This document shows positions 17,405-27,680 of a DNA stretch of 64,000 bases, piece by piece. Numbering within the stretch: the stretch's first letter is position 1; every line of letters starts with the position of its first letter. The notes under the pieces are model-generated. The model did not search any database, had not been told where the DNA came from, and saw only the letters and a list, made by a program, of their open reading frames with translations. Position numbers and translations under genes: made by a program. Source of the stretch: a virus. Lineage: Duplodnaviria > Heunggongvirae > Uroviricota > Caudoviricetes. The stretch lies in the IMG/VR virus record IMGVR_UViG_3300033495_000700; one strand, given 5' to 3'.

Positions 17405-18376
17405 TCATAAAGATTTTTTATAAAGGTCTTGCCAGTGTGCAATCATTTCATCCATAAGAGCTTCGAACGAATAAACTGGCCGCCACCCTAATGTGTTTCT
17501 AATCTTGGTAGCATCTCCACGCAGATACGGTAATTCTTCTGGTCGCAAATATTTTTTGTTTTGAACCACATGTTGCGCATAGTTCAATCCTAGTTTTGCA
17601 AACACATAGTCACACATTTCTCTCACACTACGGGTCTCACCTGTGGCAACCACATAGTCGTCTGGACTAGAAGTTTGTGCAATCAAATGCATGGCTTGTA
17701 CATAGTCGGCGCTGTGACCCCAATCTCGATAACTGTCCATATTGCCAAGTTCAAGTGTGTTGGCTAACCCTAGACTAATTTCTACAGCACCTTTGACCAC
17801 TTTGTTGGTCACAAAGTTTGAACCACGTCTTGGACTTTCGTGATTGAACAGGATACCATTGCTGGCATGTAATTTGTAGGCATCTCTATAGTGCCTGACA
17901 ATATTATAACCAAATACCTTGCTACATCCATAAGGACTCACTGGACGCATGGCAGTGGTTTCTCTTTGATAATTGTCAGGATCCACTGAACTGCCGAACA
18001 TTTCGCTACTGCTGGCCTGATAAAATCTAGCCTCTGGACAAATATTTTTGTATGACTCTAACATATTCAACACACCAATACTGTTAACTTGTGCTGTGAA
18101 TTGTGGGATGTCACTACTGATACGCACATGTGATTGAGCACCAAGATTGTAAATCTCATCTGGGTTGAACATTCGTAATGCACGCTCTAAAGAACTTTGA
18201 TCGGTCAAATCACCGTACTCTAAATCCAATGGCAAATGAGCCACACGATTTCGTTGATGTTCTACAGTGCTGTTACGTCGAACAATGCCGGTGACTCTAT
18301 AACCCAGGTTTAGCAAATGTTCGGCCAGGTAACTTCCGTCTTGACCGGTAATGCCGGTGATAAATGCAGTTTTCAT
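17405..18376 (-). CDS. gmd: GDP-mannose 4,6-dehydratase
   Basis: MKTAFITGITGQDGSYLAEHLLNLGYRVTGIVRR is the classic Gmd N-terminus. Full-length extended SDR. Confidence 0.9.
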   Translation of the reverse strand: MKTAFITGITGQDGSYLAEHLLNLGYRVTGIVRRNSTVEHQRNRVAHLPLDLEYGDLTDQSSLERALRMFNPDEIYNLGAQSHVRISSDIPQFTAQVNSIGVLNMLESYKNICPEARFYQASSSEMFGSSVDPDNYQRETTAMRPVSPYGCSKVFGYNIVRHYRDAYKLHASNGILFNHESPRRGSNFVTNKVVKGAVEISLGLANTLELGNMDSYRDWGHSADYVQAMHLIAQTSSPDDYVVATGETRSVREMCDYVFAKLGLNYAQHVVQNKKYLRPEELPYLRGDATKIRNTLGWRPVYSFEALMDEMIAHWQDLYKKSL

Positions 18377-18954
18377 TTTGCGCTTTCTAATTTTAATAAT
18401 TCACTTTGGGTCATGTTGCTACAAAAATTAATAATCTTTTTGGCAACATATTCAGGATCTAGTTTTTGAGTTCTTGTGATACTGTTTGTCATGGCAGTGT
18501 CAACTGGGCCAAAATGTGCAATACCAATTTTAACATCTGTATTTTGAAAATATTCACTTGCACCTTGCCAAAGATTGTGTAATGCAGCCTTACTTGAAGA
18601 ATACAACATGTAATTTTTTCTGCCTGATTGATATGAACTAGAACCCAACATAACAATTTTAACTGATTTGGGTTGTTTTAAATAATGTTGCAAAATAGAC
18701 CAATTGGTACCAACATTGACATCAAATATATTTTTGTAACTGCCAGAGTTATCATCAAACACGCCTGCGCAATTTATGATCCAATCCGGATTGTGAGCAG
18801 TTAGATTATATGTTATTTGTTGTGCGCTGTCAATCTGCTCCAGTGCAATTTGATCTCTTGCAATTGGAATAACTCCATAGCCTGACAATTCAAGTTGTTT
18901 GCATACACAACTGCCAATGCCGCCATTACTACCAAATACCAAAACTTTTATCAT
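18373..18954 (-). CDS. short-chain dehydrogenase/reductase (sugar keto-reductase candidate)
   Basis: VLVFGSNGGIGSCV Rossmann motif and YSSSK catalytic YxxxK. Confidence 0.65.
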   Translation of the reverse strand: MIKVLVFGSNGGIGSCVCKQLELSGYGVIPIARDQIALEQIDSAQQITYNLTAHNPDWIINCAGVFDDNSGSYKNIFDVNVGTNWSILQHYLKQPKSVKIVMLGSSSYQSGRKNYMLYSSSKAALHNLWQGASEYFQNTDVKIGIAHFGPVDTAMTNSITRTQKLDPEYVAKKIINFCSNMTQSELLKLESAK

Positions 18955-19361
18955 TGGTGGTCAAATATGCTATTCACTCTGAATGTGTCTGCTTCATAAT
19001 CGGCACCACCACGTGGGCCTTCGGAAAATACAATAAATTCACTGTCTTGGTCTAGGTAACGTAATGCATGGATTTCGTTAGGCGGCGTACTCACCAAATC
19101 ACCAACTTCGGCTATGACCATTTGGCTAGGTTCTGTAGATCCAACAGGTTTATACCAATATTCCATCTTACCTTTGGTCATCAACATGTGTTGAGTGGAT
19201 TCTTTGTGGTAATGATTGCCACGCAAGGCCCGAGCTCGGCTTTGAACCACAGCAACATGATGTAATTGTGCATTAAAAAATACATCAGCAATGGTTCCGC
19301 GGTCATCTGTATGACGCTCTAAACCAGTATTATCTTGGTTAAAAATATTAATCTTCTTCAT
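18951..19361 (-). CDS. cupin-fold sugar isomerase/epimerase-like protein (WxcM/FdtA-like)
   Basis: The segment HYHKESTQHMLMTKGKMEYWY looks cupin-like. The gene sits in the sugar gene block. Confidence 0.45.
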   Translation of the reverse strand: MKKINIFNQDNTGLERHTDDRGTIADVFFNAQLHHVAVVQSRARALRGNHYHKESTQHMLMTKGKMEYWYKPVGSTEPSQMVIAEVGDLVSTPPNEIHALRYLDQDSEFIVFSEGPRGGADYEADTFRVNSIFDHQ

Positions 19362-20596
19362 TGTGAAATAAACCTTATGTTGGGGTTGATATTTATAAGT
19401 GCTTGCTTGAGCCCAGTACTAATGTTCCAGCTCAAAATTAGCGCATATGGATTTTTGTGTTGTGCAAATTCTTCATCTCCTCGTATAGGAATACGACTCA
19501 ATGGTGTGTATTTGCCTTGCTTGTGTGGAGAAGAATCAGTAACACAATGCAATGCGGTATGGTCTAGTCTATGCCAGTTCATCCAGGTATTTGCTTTGGC
19601 CGCTGCGCCCACTCCAATAATTACTGCACCAGGTTCTTGGCGTATGCGATAAAATTCTGCTAGCCAAGTATCTCGGCGTTGTATCATGTGTTGTTGCATG
19701 ATTTGATACCGTTCCACAGTAAACAATCCTTGCGCAGTTTCTTGTTCAATGGCTGTTTTAATCTTGTGAGGCTGGGTTTGTGACGTGCCTTTGCGAGCCA
19801 CCACACGTATAGAGCCACCGTGATAGTCTACCCAATCGTAATCCAGCATGGTCATGCCTGCTGAGGCTAGCAAGTGCCATGAACTCTTGACTGTAAAATA
19901 ACTCACATGTTCATGATAGATTTGATCAAACCTACCAGAATTTACCGTATCTCCCCAGTATGGCAATTCAAAAACAAATATACCATCATCGTCTAATAGA
20001 TTACACACACCACGTGCAAAGTTTACTGGATCATTGGCATGGTTAAAAACATTGTTTGCCAGGATCAGTTTGGCCGAGCCGTGGTACTGCTTGACCTGCT
20101 GTGATACTGAATAATCAAAAACAGCATTTAAACAAGGTTTGTTTTGTTCAGTAGCAATGTCACACATGTACTTGGAACTATCAATGCCCAATGTTGGTAG
20201 GCCCTGTGTTCTAAATTGACCAATCAAGTATCCATCATTACTGCCAATTTCTACTACTAATCCTTTGGGTTGATATTTTTGTGTAATTGATTTTGCATAT
20301 TGATCCCAGTGATCTCTAGCAAACTTTGAATTGCTTGATGTGTAACTGTAGCTGTACAGATTGTAGCGTTCTTCGGCGTCACTGATATAACCTAGTTGTA
20401 TTTGCCCAGTGTGGGCATTCATGTACACATTTAACGGAAATACTGGTTCTGACAGATGCAATTGATCTTTGCGCACAAAGGTATCTGCATACGGATGTTG
20501 TCCTAAATCTAAAATTTTAACCACTGGTTGATTACTAATTAAACATCGATCAATTGATCGACTTTGCATCATGCTCACGGCCATAATAGGGTCCAT
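19358..20596 (-). CDS. SAM-dependent sugar C-methyltransferase (TylC3/NovU-like)
   Basis: EIGSNDGYLIGQF methyltransferase motif I. C-terminal segment DGIFVFELPYWGDTV...YHEHVSYF resembles the C-methyltransferase C-terminal domain. Confidence 0.55.
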   Translation of the reverse strand: MDPIMAVSMMQSRSIDRCLISNQPVVKILDLGQHPYADTFVRKDQLHLSEPVFPLNVYMNAHTGQIQLGYISDAEERYNLYSYSYTSSNSKFARDHWDQYAKSITQKYQPKGLVVEIGSNDGYLIGQFRTQGLPTLGIDSSKYMCDIATEQNKPCLNAVFDYSVSQQVKQYHGSAKLILANNVFNHANDPVNFARGVCNLLDDDGIFVFELPYWGDTVNSGRFDQIYHEHVSYFTVKSSWHLLASAGMTMLDYDWVDYHGGSIRVVARKGTSQTQPHKIKTAIEQETAQGLFTVERYQIMQQHMIQRRDTWLAEFYRIRQEPGAVIIGVGAAAKANTWMNWHRLDHTALHCVTDSSPHKQGKYTPLSRIPIRGDEEFAQHKNPYALILSWNISTGLKQALININPNIRFISQ

Positions 20597-21023
20597 TCTT
20601 TATTTCAATAATTTTTGTATTTTCATCTTGCACGGTAAATGCATGGCCGCCTTGATACAGAGTGATACAATCTCCAGCACCAAGTTCAAACTCATTCACA
20701 ATAGTTTGATCAAGATCGTATAGTGCAACTCCAAGCCGGCCTTGCCAAATTATCCAAGATTCTTGTGTGCCTACTGTGACTCTTTCTGTGGGCACATGAT
20801 AATGCGGGGCCAGCACGCGACCTTGTGACATACACATGGCTGATACTTGTAAAATTTCATTATCACCACTGGCATTATAACGTGATTGTTGCATGCTGTT
20901 GATGTTAAACACCACTGCAAGAACTTGATCCGGATGTTGAACGCTATAAAATTTATTCTCTTGCAAGAATCCTCCGGGCACTTGCACTCTGTTCATCTTT
21001 TTTTTGGGACATGACTTGGCCAT
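20550..21023 (-). CDS. cupin-domain protein
   Basis: 157-aa ORF with cupin-like motifs PHYHVPTE...ITLYQGGHAF. Confidence 0.35.
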   Translation of the reverse strand: MAKSCPKKKMNRVQVPGGFLQENKFYSVQHPDQVLAVVFNINSMQQSRYNASGDNEILQVSAMCMSQGRVLAPHYHVPTERVTVGTQESWIIWQGRLGVALYDLDQTIVNEFELGAGDCITLYQGGHAFTVQDENTKIIEIKNGPYYGREHDAKSIN

Positions 21024-21843
21024 CTTTATTTAATTCTATCACAAATTGCTTCATCTGATTATTAACATCTAACTCAATCAATCGTTGCCAGGCATAATTT
21101 TTTCCGCTGTTGACCCCTTCCCACCAGGCAGTATCTAATCCAATTGACCGCATGTGGTCTGCAATAGTAACACAGTCTTGAAGGCGTTGAGCACTGATTT
21201 GGGGATTATGAAAGTCAACCGGGTTGGTTGGGTTACCTTCAAATCGTACCTTATGCTTGAGCGGATCTGTTGCATCCTCGGTCAACTCAACTTGATTATG
21301 AGTGACATAAACGTCAATCACCTGCATGATATCTAACAAAAATGCCATCTGACTTAGTTCGGCATCAACCATTTGATGCCGGCTAAGGTGATTTGTTACG
21401 TTATACCATGCTCTTGGCACTATAGGGAAAATACTGTAAGGATGGTCATTGTGTGTATGAACCTTCAACAGTTTGAATTGTCCTGTGTATTGTTCAATCG
21501 CTTGATCCCAGTCTTGGGTTGTCATCACAGCATCGTCATTCCACACAAATAACCAATCAGACTCAGTTGATTTTGCCATATGGTTATAGTATCGATTGAG
21601 TCCAGCGTAGCCCATACTTTTGAAAGATTGAGCCTGGTATGCCACACCACGGTTTTCCAATAACGGTTGGATTACTTTGGTAAAGTGATTCAACCCTGTT
21701 TCGTCATCATTATCAAATCCAAAGATCAGTTGTATGCGAGAAACATCGTGCGCTAAATCTATGATGCTAGTTATACTGGTAGTGAGTGCATCAGTTCGAC
21801 TACGGGTTGGCAGTAAAACTGCTATGCTATATTTGTTTGTCAT
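20953..21843 (-). CDS. GT-A fold (family 2-like) glycosyltransferase
   Basis: YSIAVLLPTRSR...FGFDNDDE (DxD). Confidence 0.5.
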   Translation of the reverse strand: MTNKYSIAVLLPTRSRTDALTTSITSIIDLAHDVSRIQLIFGFDNDDETGLNHFTKVIQPLLENRGVAYQAQSFKSMGYAGLNRYYNHMAKSTESDWLFVWNDDAVMTTQDWDQAIEQYTGQFKLLKVHTHNDHPYSIFPIVPRAWYNVTNHLSRHQMVDAELSQMAFLLDIMQVIDVYVTHNQVELTEDATDPLKHKVRFEGNPTNPVDFHNPQISAQRLQDCVTIADHMRSIGLDTAWWEGVNSGKNYAWQRLIELDVNNQMKQFVIELNKDGQVMSQKKDEQSASARRILARE

Positions 21844-21924
21844 TGGAAAATATTTATATGCGTATATTATGTGGATAGATTTATCAATCTATGACTTCAA
21901 TTTGATTCTGGACCCACACAGGGT

Positions 21925-22452
21925 TTATCCTTCGTAGATAGCACTATTACCAGCGTGTTCAAACACCTCTGCTGACTTTAGGCCAACTCCTGCACCTACT
22001 GGATATCGAGCTTCAAACACACGCCCATCCGGATGAGTCCAGCCTTGATTGCTTTTGTATGCTTGCAAGATTTCATTCATTGTGTTGTAAGCTAGCTCGG
22101 CAAACATTTCGCAACCCACACCATCCACAATGCGTAGATCAATAATGCCCTTGTTTTCAAAACCACCTTGAATCTTGGTTAGTTGTACAAATGTACCACG
22201 CTCCGGGTCGTCTTTGCCAATGATCAGTGTGTGATCAAACTGCCAGTCAGCCCATTCTTTAAATGCTTTGAGTCCACCAAAATCCATGACCCAATGACGA
22301 TCATCAAGTGTGTCAGATTCAAAGATCAATTTGATACCAATTGAGTATCCGTGCAACATTGAGCAGTGACTATGCACTGATCGCCATTGTCTAAAGCAGC
22401 AGCTGAGACCTCTGTCATTGCCGTAGGTTTTTGTTGAAAGATATTTTGCCAT
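21925..22452 (-). CDS. queD: 6-carboxytetrahydropterin synthase QueD / PTPS family
   Basis: CSMLHGYSIGIKLIFESDTLDDRHWVMDFGGLKAFKEWADWQFDHTLI compares with E. coli QueD [36 protein letters not shown]...LDHHYL. Confidence 0.65.
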   Translation of the reverse strand: MAKYLSTKTYGNDRGLSCCFRQWRSVHSHCSMLHGYSIGIKLIFESDTLDDRHWVMDFGGLKAFKEWADWQFDHTLIIGKDDPERGTFVQLTKIQGGFENKGIIDLRIVDGVGCEMFAELAYNTMNEILQAYKSNQGWTHPDGRVFEARYPVGAGVGLKSAEVFEHAGNSAIYEG

Positions 22453-22467
22453 TGTGTTCTCCTATGT

Positions 22468-22496
22468 TGATTATAGCACAGACGGCAGAGTTTGTA
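22468..22496 (-). promoter_or_regulatory. sigma70-like promoter (TTTACA N17 TATAAT) upstream of queD
   Basis: Minus-strand reading gcTTTACAaactctgccgtctgtgcTATAATcaacatAGGAGAacacaATG. Confidence 0.55.
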
Positions 22497-22530
22497 AAGC
22501 GGGAATGACGCCCAAGACCGCTGTGAATAT

Positions 22531-22974
22531 TTATACTGGTGGTTGGTAACCGGTGGCTTTATAGTCAGCTTGCCCAAATATAACTCCACGTACACCACCG
22601 ATAGGATTGGCAGTGTCACCTATTCGACGTGGAATCAAATGCACATGTGGATACATCACAGTTTGTCCAGCACTGGGGCCCATATTGATACCAATATTGA
22701 ATCCATCACATTTGCCGGTAGCTACCATGTCACGGCCATACCGCATGGCTGATTCCATACAGTCAATGATCACCGCATCAGTGTTGTGGTTGGGCACAAA
22801 CAACAAATGACCACGGGTCACTGGGTATCGATCTTCAAACACAGTGACATGAAAGTCACTTAGCTCTTGTATTTTTAGATCCCAAGGTGCCACGCCCGCA
22901 GCTTGAGCTTCATCTAATGTGTCGTAATGTATCATATTAGTTGCCATTCCTTGATTGTAGTTTAATGTTGTCAA
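22531..22974 (-). CDS. HIT-family (histidine triad) nucleotide hydrolase/transferase
   Basis: YPHVHLIPR matches the HxHxHxx triad motif. Confidence 0.7.
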   Translation of the reverse strand: MTTLNYNQGMATNMIHYDTLDEAQAAGVAPWDLKIQELSDFHVTVFEDRYPVTRGHLLFVPNHNTDAVIIDCMESAMRYGRDMVATGKCDGFNIGINMGPSAGQTVMYPHVHLIPRRIGDTANPIGGVRGVIFGQADYKATGYQPPV

Positions 22975-23725
22975 AGAATTCTTTCTTTGTTCCTGGGTCT
23001 GTTAAGAAAGCACCTTTGAGCACAGTGGTTTGTGTTAGACTATTATGAGCCATTACTCCTCTATTTTCTACACATCCGTGTGTCATTTCAATGTAGACAC
23101 CAACATTCTCACTATCAGTAGCCTTCATGATTTCTCTTGCGATGTCGTTGCATAGTTCTTCTTGTAGTGTTCCTCGTCGGGCACACCATTGTGCGATACG
23201 AGTATATTTAGAAAGACCAATGAGTTTATTAGCGGCAATGATACCGATGTAGGCAACCCCAGATACAGGCTGGTGATGATGAGAGCACATGGACCGTAGC
23301 TCACTGCGAACCACGAGCATGCCTTCGTAACGGTCGTTGCTATCATTGGGAAACGCTGTTGCGTCAGGTGCTGGTTCATATCGACCTTCCATGATTTCCT
23401 TATAGTACATCTTGGCCAAACGTTTTGCTGTGCCTTTGCTGTTGGGATCTGTTTCACGATCAATCAGCAAAGTGTCTAACACTTGCTCAAATGCTTGTGT
23501 TGCTTCGTTGATCAGATGTTCTTTATCAGTGTCATTAAGATAGTCACTGATGTTGTCGCCTGCCCAAAATCTCTTACCATCTGCTCGCATACGTTCGCGA
23601 ATCACTGTGCTTAGATACTTGCCCTGTGCTACGTCTTGTTTTTTAACATACAAGTTTTTTCCTTCCAACGAAACAAATTCTTCTGTTTGTGGATGTAAAA
23701 GTGGATCTGGTTGAAATTTTAGCAT
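22937..23725 (-). CDS. folE: GTP cyclohydrolase I
   Basis: CSHHHQPVSGVAYIGIIA...GLSKYTRIAQWCARRGTLQEEL...GVYIEMTHGCVENRGV matches the FolE motifs CEHH..PF, GLSK and H.CM..RGV. Confidence 0.85.
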   Translation of the reverse strand: MLKFQPDPLLHPQTEEFVSLEGKNLYVKKQDVAQGKYLSTVIRERMRADGKRFWAGDNISDYLNDTDKEHLINEATQAFEQVLDTLLIDRETDPNSKGTAKRLAKMYYKEIMEGRYEPAPDATAFPNDSNDRYEGMLVVRSELRSMCSHHHQPVSGVAYIGIIAANKLIGLSKYTRIAQWCARRGTLQEELCNDIAREIMKATDSENVGVYIEMTHGCVENRGVMAHNSLTQTTVLKGAFLTDPGTKKEFFDNIKLQSRNGN

Positions 23726-23943
23726 GATACTCTTTAATGGTTATGTTTTGTAAATCTGGATACTGTACAAACTTGAGACCCAGGTTTAGTCTTTTCAATT
23801 GCTGGCTCTGGGTAATATATTTAGGTCGCAACCAGCATTTTGGTATTTTATTTTCACTTGAAACACATTGTGTACATATCATAGTATAACATTGCTGTGC
23901 TGTATTTGTAAAGATTTAGTGTGGTCAAAACTCAAAAATTTTC

Positions 23944-24885
23944 TCAAACATACCAAGACCATGCATGTTGAATCATATCATCTAGTGTGTGTCGGCGCCA
24001 TGTTGGAACCAATTTATTAAACTTTGCGGCACTGGCAGTGAGCACAGCAGGATCGCCAGTTCGTCGAGGCTCCGGCAACACTGCTACATAACCTGCAATT
24101 GCAGCAGCCTGGGTTAGGATTTCTTTCACACTAGTGCCAGTGTCAGATCCCAGATTATAAACACCAGATGGCACAGCAGCATTCAACGCACACAAATGAG
24201 CATGAGCAATGTCTTCCACATGAACATAATCACGTATGCAAGTTCCGTCGGGCGTTTGGTAATCATTACCATACAAAGAAAACTGTTTGTTATCACGAGT
24301 GGCTTCTAGGATTCTAGCAATCACATGAGTAGCACCAGGTTCCTGTCCATGGCGTCCTAGACCATCTGCACCACATGCATTGAAGTAACGGAATGCCACA
24401 TAGTCAAGATTGTATGCACGATGATAGCTGGCCAATACTTGTTCAATCATGCGTTTGCTTTCCCCGTATGGGCTTATTGGCTCACATGGATCAACTTCTG
24501 AACATGAATCTAGTATTGGCTCGCCATATACAGATGCACTTGAACTAAAAATAAATCTAGTCTTGGGCAAGGCATTGGTCACAAGATCCAACAAATGTAT
24601 GGTCTTGATCACATTGTTGTGGTAGTAGTCTGACGGATGTTTAACGCTGGGCCCTACCAAACTGGTACCAGCACAATGAATGATGGCTGCAGGTTGTATC
24701 TGTATCACGTTTGTCTTGGCTTGATCGCTATCAAAGTCTGCCTGGACAAACTGATCAAACACATCTTTCAATCGTGCAGCACATGGCCTACGATCAATAC
24801 CAATTACCCTGTGCCCAGCATCTGACAATGCCAATGCAACTTGTCCACCAATATAGCCCGAGGCACCAGTTACCACCACATGCAT
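23944..24885 (-). CDS. galE: NAD-dependent sugar epimerase (UDP-glucose 4-epimerase GalE-like)
   Basis: MHVVVTGASGYIGGQV. C-terminal RRTGDPAVLTASAAKFNKLVPTWRRHTLDDMIQHAWSWY matches the GalE C-terminus. Start moved to ATG 24885. Confidence 0.75.
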   Translation of the reverse strand: MHVVVTGASGYIGGQVALALSDAGHRVIGIDRRPCAARLKDVFDQFVQADFDSDQAKTNVIQIQPAAIIHCAGTSLVGPSVKHPSDYYHNNVIKTIHLLDLVTNALPKTRFIFSSSASVYGEPILDSCSEVDPCEPISPYGESKRMIEQVLASYHRAYNLDYVAFRYFNACGADGLGRHGQEPGATHVIARILEATRDNKQFSLYGNDYQTPDGTCIRDYVHVEDIAHAHLCALNAAVPSGVYNLGSDTGTSVKEILTQAAAIAGYVAVLPEPRRTGDPAVLTASAAKFNKLVPTWRRHTLDDMIQHAWSWYV

Positions 24886-24886
24886 T

Positions 24887-26062
24887 TTAGAATTTTGCTT
24901 CTCTGGTGTGTTTTCTGTAATCCACGCCCATACGCAACATACTGTCGCCGTTGCCTTGAAGGATATCAATCACACGATCAATTGTACCGTCGTTGCGATT
25001 GCTAATTTGTCCCATGCGTGGATGTTGCCATGATAGTAGTATTTCCAACTTGTTTAGGGCATCTTCAATTGACCAAGGAACATAAAGTCTGGAATGGTCA
25101 TTACTAAAAGTTTCAGGGAAAGACCTATAAGCAGGGTATAGAACATTACACCCAAGAGCATCTGCTTCACTGACTGTGTTGGAAACCCAATCTTGAAGGG
25201 CACAATTAAACACAACACGACTATCATTAACAATATTATAGTAATCATTCTTTTCCAAGTCTTCATAGATCACAAGTTTGCCTGCTGCTTGCAAATCACG
25301 GGTACGTTGCATATAACTTTCGCTATTCGATTTCAACTTACCGCCACTGCAAACTGCAAACTCCACTGTGATATCAGGATGACGAGCATGCCATGCTTCA
25401 ATCAGATCCATGTAAAAGTCTGGTTGCTTTTCTTGATCCCAACGTGCTGAGAATACCACACGCAATTTACGCTCTTCCCAGCTCTTGATACTGGCAACTC
25501 GTGATTGCACTTCTGCTTTGCCAAATGCCAGGCCAGAGATATTGTAGATTGGGGCCTTCCAACCTGCAATTTTCATGTGCATTACCATTTCTTCATTAGT
25601 GGCCAATACACCATCTACGAATGAGTCCACCATGCGTTCGTAGTGGCCCATAAAGTCACTCATGCCCCAGACATGTACAAAATCATCAGGGTCAATACTC
25701 TGAGCAAGACAACGAACAAAGATCCGTGGACGCAATGACTCTGGGATCTGTTTAAGGATGTAAGGCAAAGATTCAATTCCTGGTTGAAACATATCTTCAA
25801 AGTAGATGATATCTTCATTGGAACATGCTCCGGCTTTCATCATGCGTATCAGATTCATCAGCTGGCTCATACCAAAGTATGTACGACCATGCGCATCTAG
25901 CACTTGACCAGTCACAATGGCTTGATCATTGCTGAGGGTGTCTCCAGGTACTACCACATAATCAATACCACGGCGATCAAACACCGCAGTATTCCAGTCT
26001 TGTAGTTGTAGAGTGTACCGTGCTTTATAGGGCTCTAGGCCCATGTAAAACAACTTTCTCAT
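24887..26062 (-). CDS. GT-B fold glycosyltransferase (group 1-like C-terminal domain)
   Basis: RVVFSARWDQEKQPDFYMDLIEAW...GKLVIYEDL...DSRVVFNCALQDWVSNTVSEADALGCNVLYPA fits the GT-B C-domain pattern. Confidence 0.45.
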   Translation of the reverse strand: MRKLFYMGLEPYKARYTLQLQDWNTAVFDRRGIDYVVVPGDTLSNDQAIVTGQVLDAHGRTYFGMSQLMNLIRMMKAGACSNEDIIYFEDMFQPGIESLPYILKQIPESLRPRIFVRCLAQSIDPDDFVHVWGMSDFMGHYERMVDSFVDGVLATNEEMVMHMKIAGWKAPIYNISGLAFGKAEVQSRVASIKSWEERKLRVVFSARWDQEKQPDFYMDLIEAWHARHPDITVEFAVCSGGKLKSNSESYMQRTRDLQAAGKLVIYEDLEKNDYYNIVNDSRVVFNCALQDWVSNTVSEADALGCNVLYPAYRSFPETFSNDHSRLYVPWSIEDALNKLEILLSWQHPRMGQISNRNDGTIDRVIDILQGNGDSMLRMGVDYRKHTREAKF

Positions 26063-26283
26063 GCTCGATAACCAGCCAATCGACGAGTGTCTTCATCCCA
26101 CATGTTCTTGGCCGGCTTGCCCTGGCTGTGTTTGTTAAATTGTTGGAACGCATAACTGCGGAAGTTATACAAGTCCGCCTCGTTGAACTTGTATCCGTAA
26201 TCCACACAGAACTCGCGATATCGGTCTAGATCCTCCAGAGTTTGTTCAGTACGGGGGTTGTTTTTGATTATGATTTTGGCCAT
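26059..26283 (-). CDS. hypothetical protein
   Basis: 74-aa ORF with stop/start overlap. Confidence 0.4.
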   Translation of the reverse strand: MAKIIIKNNPRTEQTLEDLDRYREFCVDYGYKFNEADLYNFRSYAFQQFNKHSQGKPAKNMWDEDTRRLAGYRA

Positions 26284-26292
26284 GATATTTCC

Positions 26293-26526
26293 TTATTTGT
26301 TATCTTCAATATAAACTAATGTGTTGTTGGGCATACCCAGAAAGGTGCCACAACCAACAACTTCACCTTGCTCATCAATCTGAACATCTCTACGCCCAAT
26401 ATTGATACTCAATACTTTGGTGCCGTCATCGTCTATGATTTCGGCCAATACTCCATCTTTTGCCAAATAAGGTTCACCAAAATTTTCATTGATGACCCCA
26501 CATAATTTTTCTAAAGAGAGACTCAT
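26293..26526 (-). CDS. hypothetical protein
   Basis: 77-aa ORF. Confidence 0.4.
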   Translation of the reverse strand: MSLSLEKLCGVINENFGEPYLAKDGVLAEIIDDDGTKVLSINIGRRDVQIDEQGEVVGCGTFLGMPNNTLVYIEDNK

Positions 26527-26665
26527 TTTGTTTCCTATGTTAAATAAATAATGATAGAAAGATAAGTTATGCCTAAGTTAACCAACCCTACCACTAATGA
26601 TACTTGTTTTTTGTGCGGATGTCAGGCAAAGTGTTCTATATCCATTGATGAACTGTACGAGAGCA

Positions 26666-27172
26666 TCAATATTTTACTGACTGTGCCGGGTAAGTTAGTT
26701 TAAATTTTATTAAACAACCATTCTCGCCATCTTCACTAACTTCAATCCATATTTCTTTGTCCGGATATCTGGCAGCGATCTGATCGTAAAGATCCTCTGC
26801 CATCATTTCACAACTTTTGTAGTCAAGTTGCAAGGTTCCGTCTTGATATAGATTCTCAAGCCAGCGTTTGAATTGAATGAACTCTATGGCTCTATCTGAA
26901 TGTTCGACATCAATCCACACCCTGAAATGAAAGATGTGACGGTGAGCAGTAGCAAGAAACGATACATCATATTCATCTCCAGTGGCCAATGCAGGATCTG
27001 TGGCAGCAGCTGGATATTTATGGATGCCTTCTTTGCGGAATGTGACCCAGATCTTGCGATCTGCACGAGAGCGAACTCGCTCTCGTTGTTCTAGCAATAA
27101 TTGTTCTCTTTGCATCATAACATTATTCCAAAGTAAAAAGATTGTGAAAAGTTGATCGAGACATGGCCTCAA
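26666..27172 (-). CDS. hypothetical protein (weak PTPS/QueD-like FxAxAHR motif)
   Basis: DVSFLATAHRHIFHFRVWIDVEH loosely recalls QueD FEAAHRL...HGH.Y.V.V. Not firm. Confidence 0.3.
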   Translation of the reverse strand: MRPCLDQLFTIFLLWNNVMMQREQLLLEQRERVRSRADRKIWVTFRKEGIHKYPAAATDPALATGDEYDVSFLATAHRHIFHFRVWIDVEHSDRAIEFIQFKRWLENLYQDGTLQLDYKSCEMMAEDLYDQIAARYPDKEIWIEVSEDGENGCLIKFKLTYPAQSVKY

Positions 27173-27680
27173 GTTTCTTCATGGCGCCATCTGTGAATCT
27201 AAACTGATATGATCTAGAACCATTGGCCTGTCGCTCAAAAAACCCATAGAAACCACCTGATATGTAATCACTCTCATTGCCTAGAATGATTTTTTGTCTA
27301 GCTGCTTCGTAGCATTTTTCAATTTTTTCTTGTATGTGAGATATTGAAAAATTATACACTTCTGCCGAGACTATGACTTGATCTTTGGTCTTGACTCGAT
27401 ATTGTCTCTGTAATTTGCCATAGATCACAGATTCTCTGTACGGAGTCAATTTAATATCCTCGGGAGTCATCCTACCAACTGTGTGTGCTGAAACAGCATC
27501 AAGATCTCTTGATTTGACTTCTGTTTCGATCTCCGGTATATCTGGCCCGGGCGCATTAGACATAGGATAGCCTTGCTCGCCAAGTTCCTTTTCAATATAT
27601 CGACCTGCTGCGCCACCAAAATTTGATGGGACCAATTTACCAACCATTTTCGCTTTGAGTTGAATAACTTTGGCTTTCAT
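27123..27680 (-). CDS. hypothetical protein
   Basis: 185-aa ORF inside the dpdA operon. Confidence 0.4.
   Translation of the reverse strand: MKAKVIQLKAKMVGKLVPSNFGGAAGRYIEKELGEQGYPMSNAPGPDIPEIETEVKSRDLDAVSAHTVGRMTPEDIKLTPYRESVIYGKLQRQYRVKTKDQVIVSAEVYNFSISHIQEKIEKCYEAARQKIILGNESDYISGGFYGFFERQANGSRSYQFRFTDGAMKKLEAMSRSTFHNLFTLE

Noticed and set aside
21852-21859. T4 late-promoter-like TATAAATA on the minus strand upstream of the GT2 gene, and another at 56858..56865 upstream of the HxGH nucleotidyltransferase.
   Set aside because: Only two occurrences, about the number expected by chance in 64 kb of AT-rich DNA. Both are 5-7 nt from the ATG, leaving no room for an RBS.
23881-23930. Possible weak promoter (TTTACA N18 TATACT) upstream of folE.
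   Set aside because: The -10 is a poor match and the spacer is 18 nt. Not distinguishable from chance.
26666-27172. Second QueD/PTPS copy downstream of dpdA.
   Set aside because: It shares only a short FxAxAHR-like stretch with QueD and lacks the CxxxHGH zinc motif. Kept as hypothetical.
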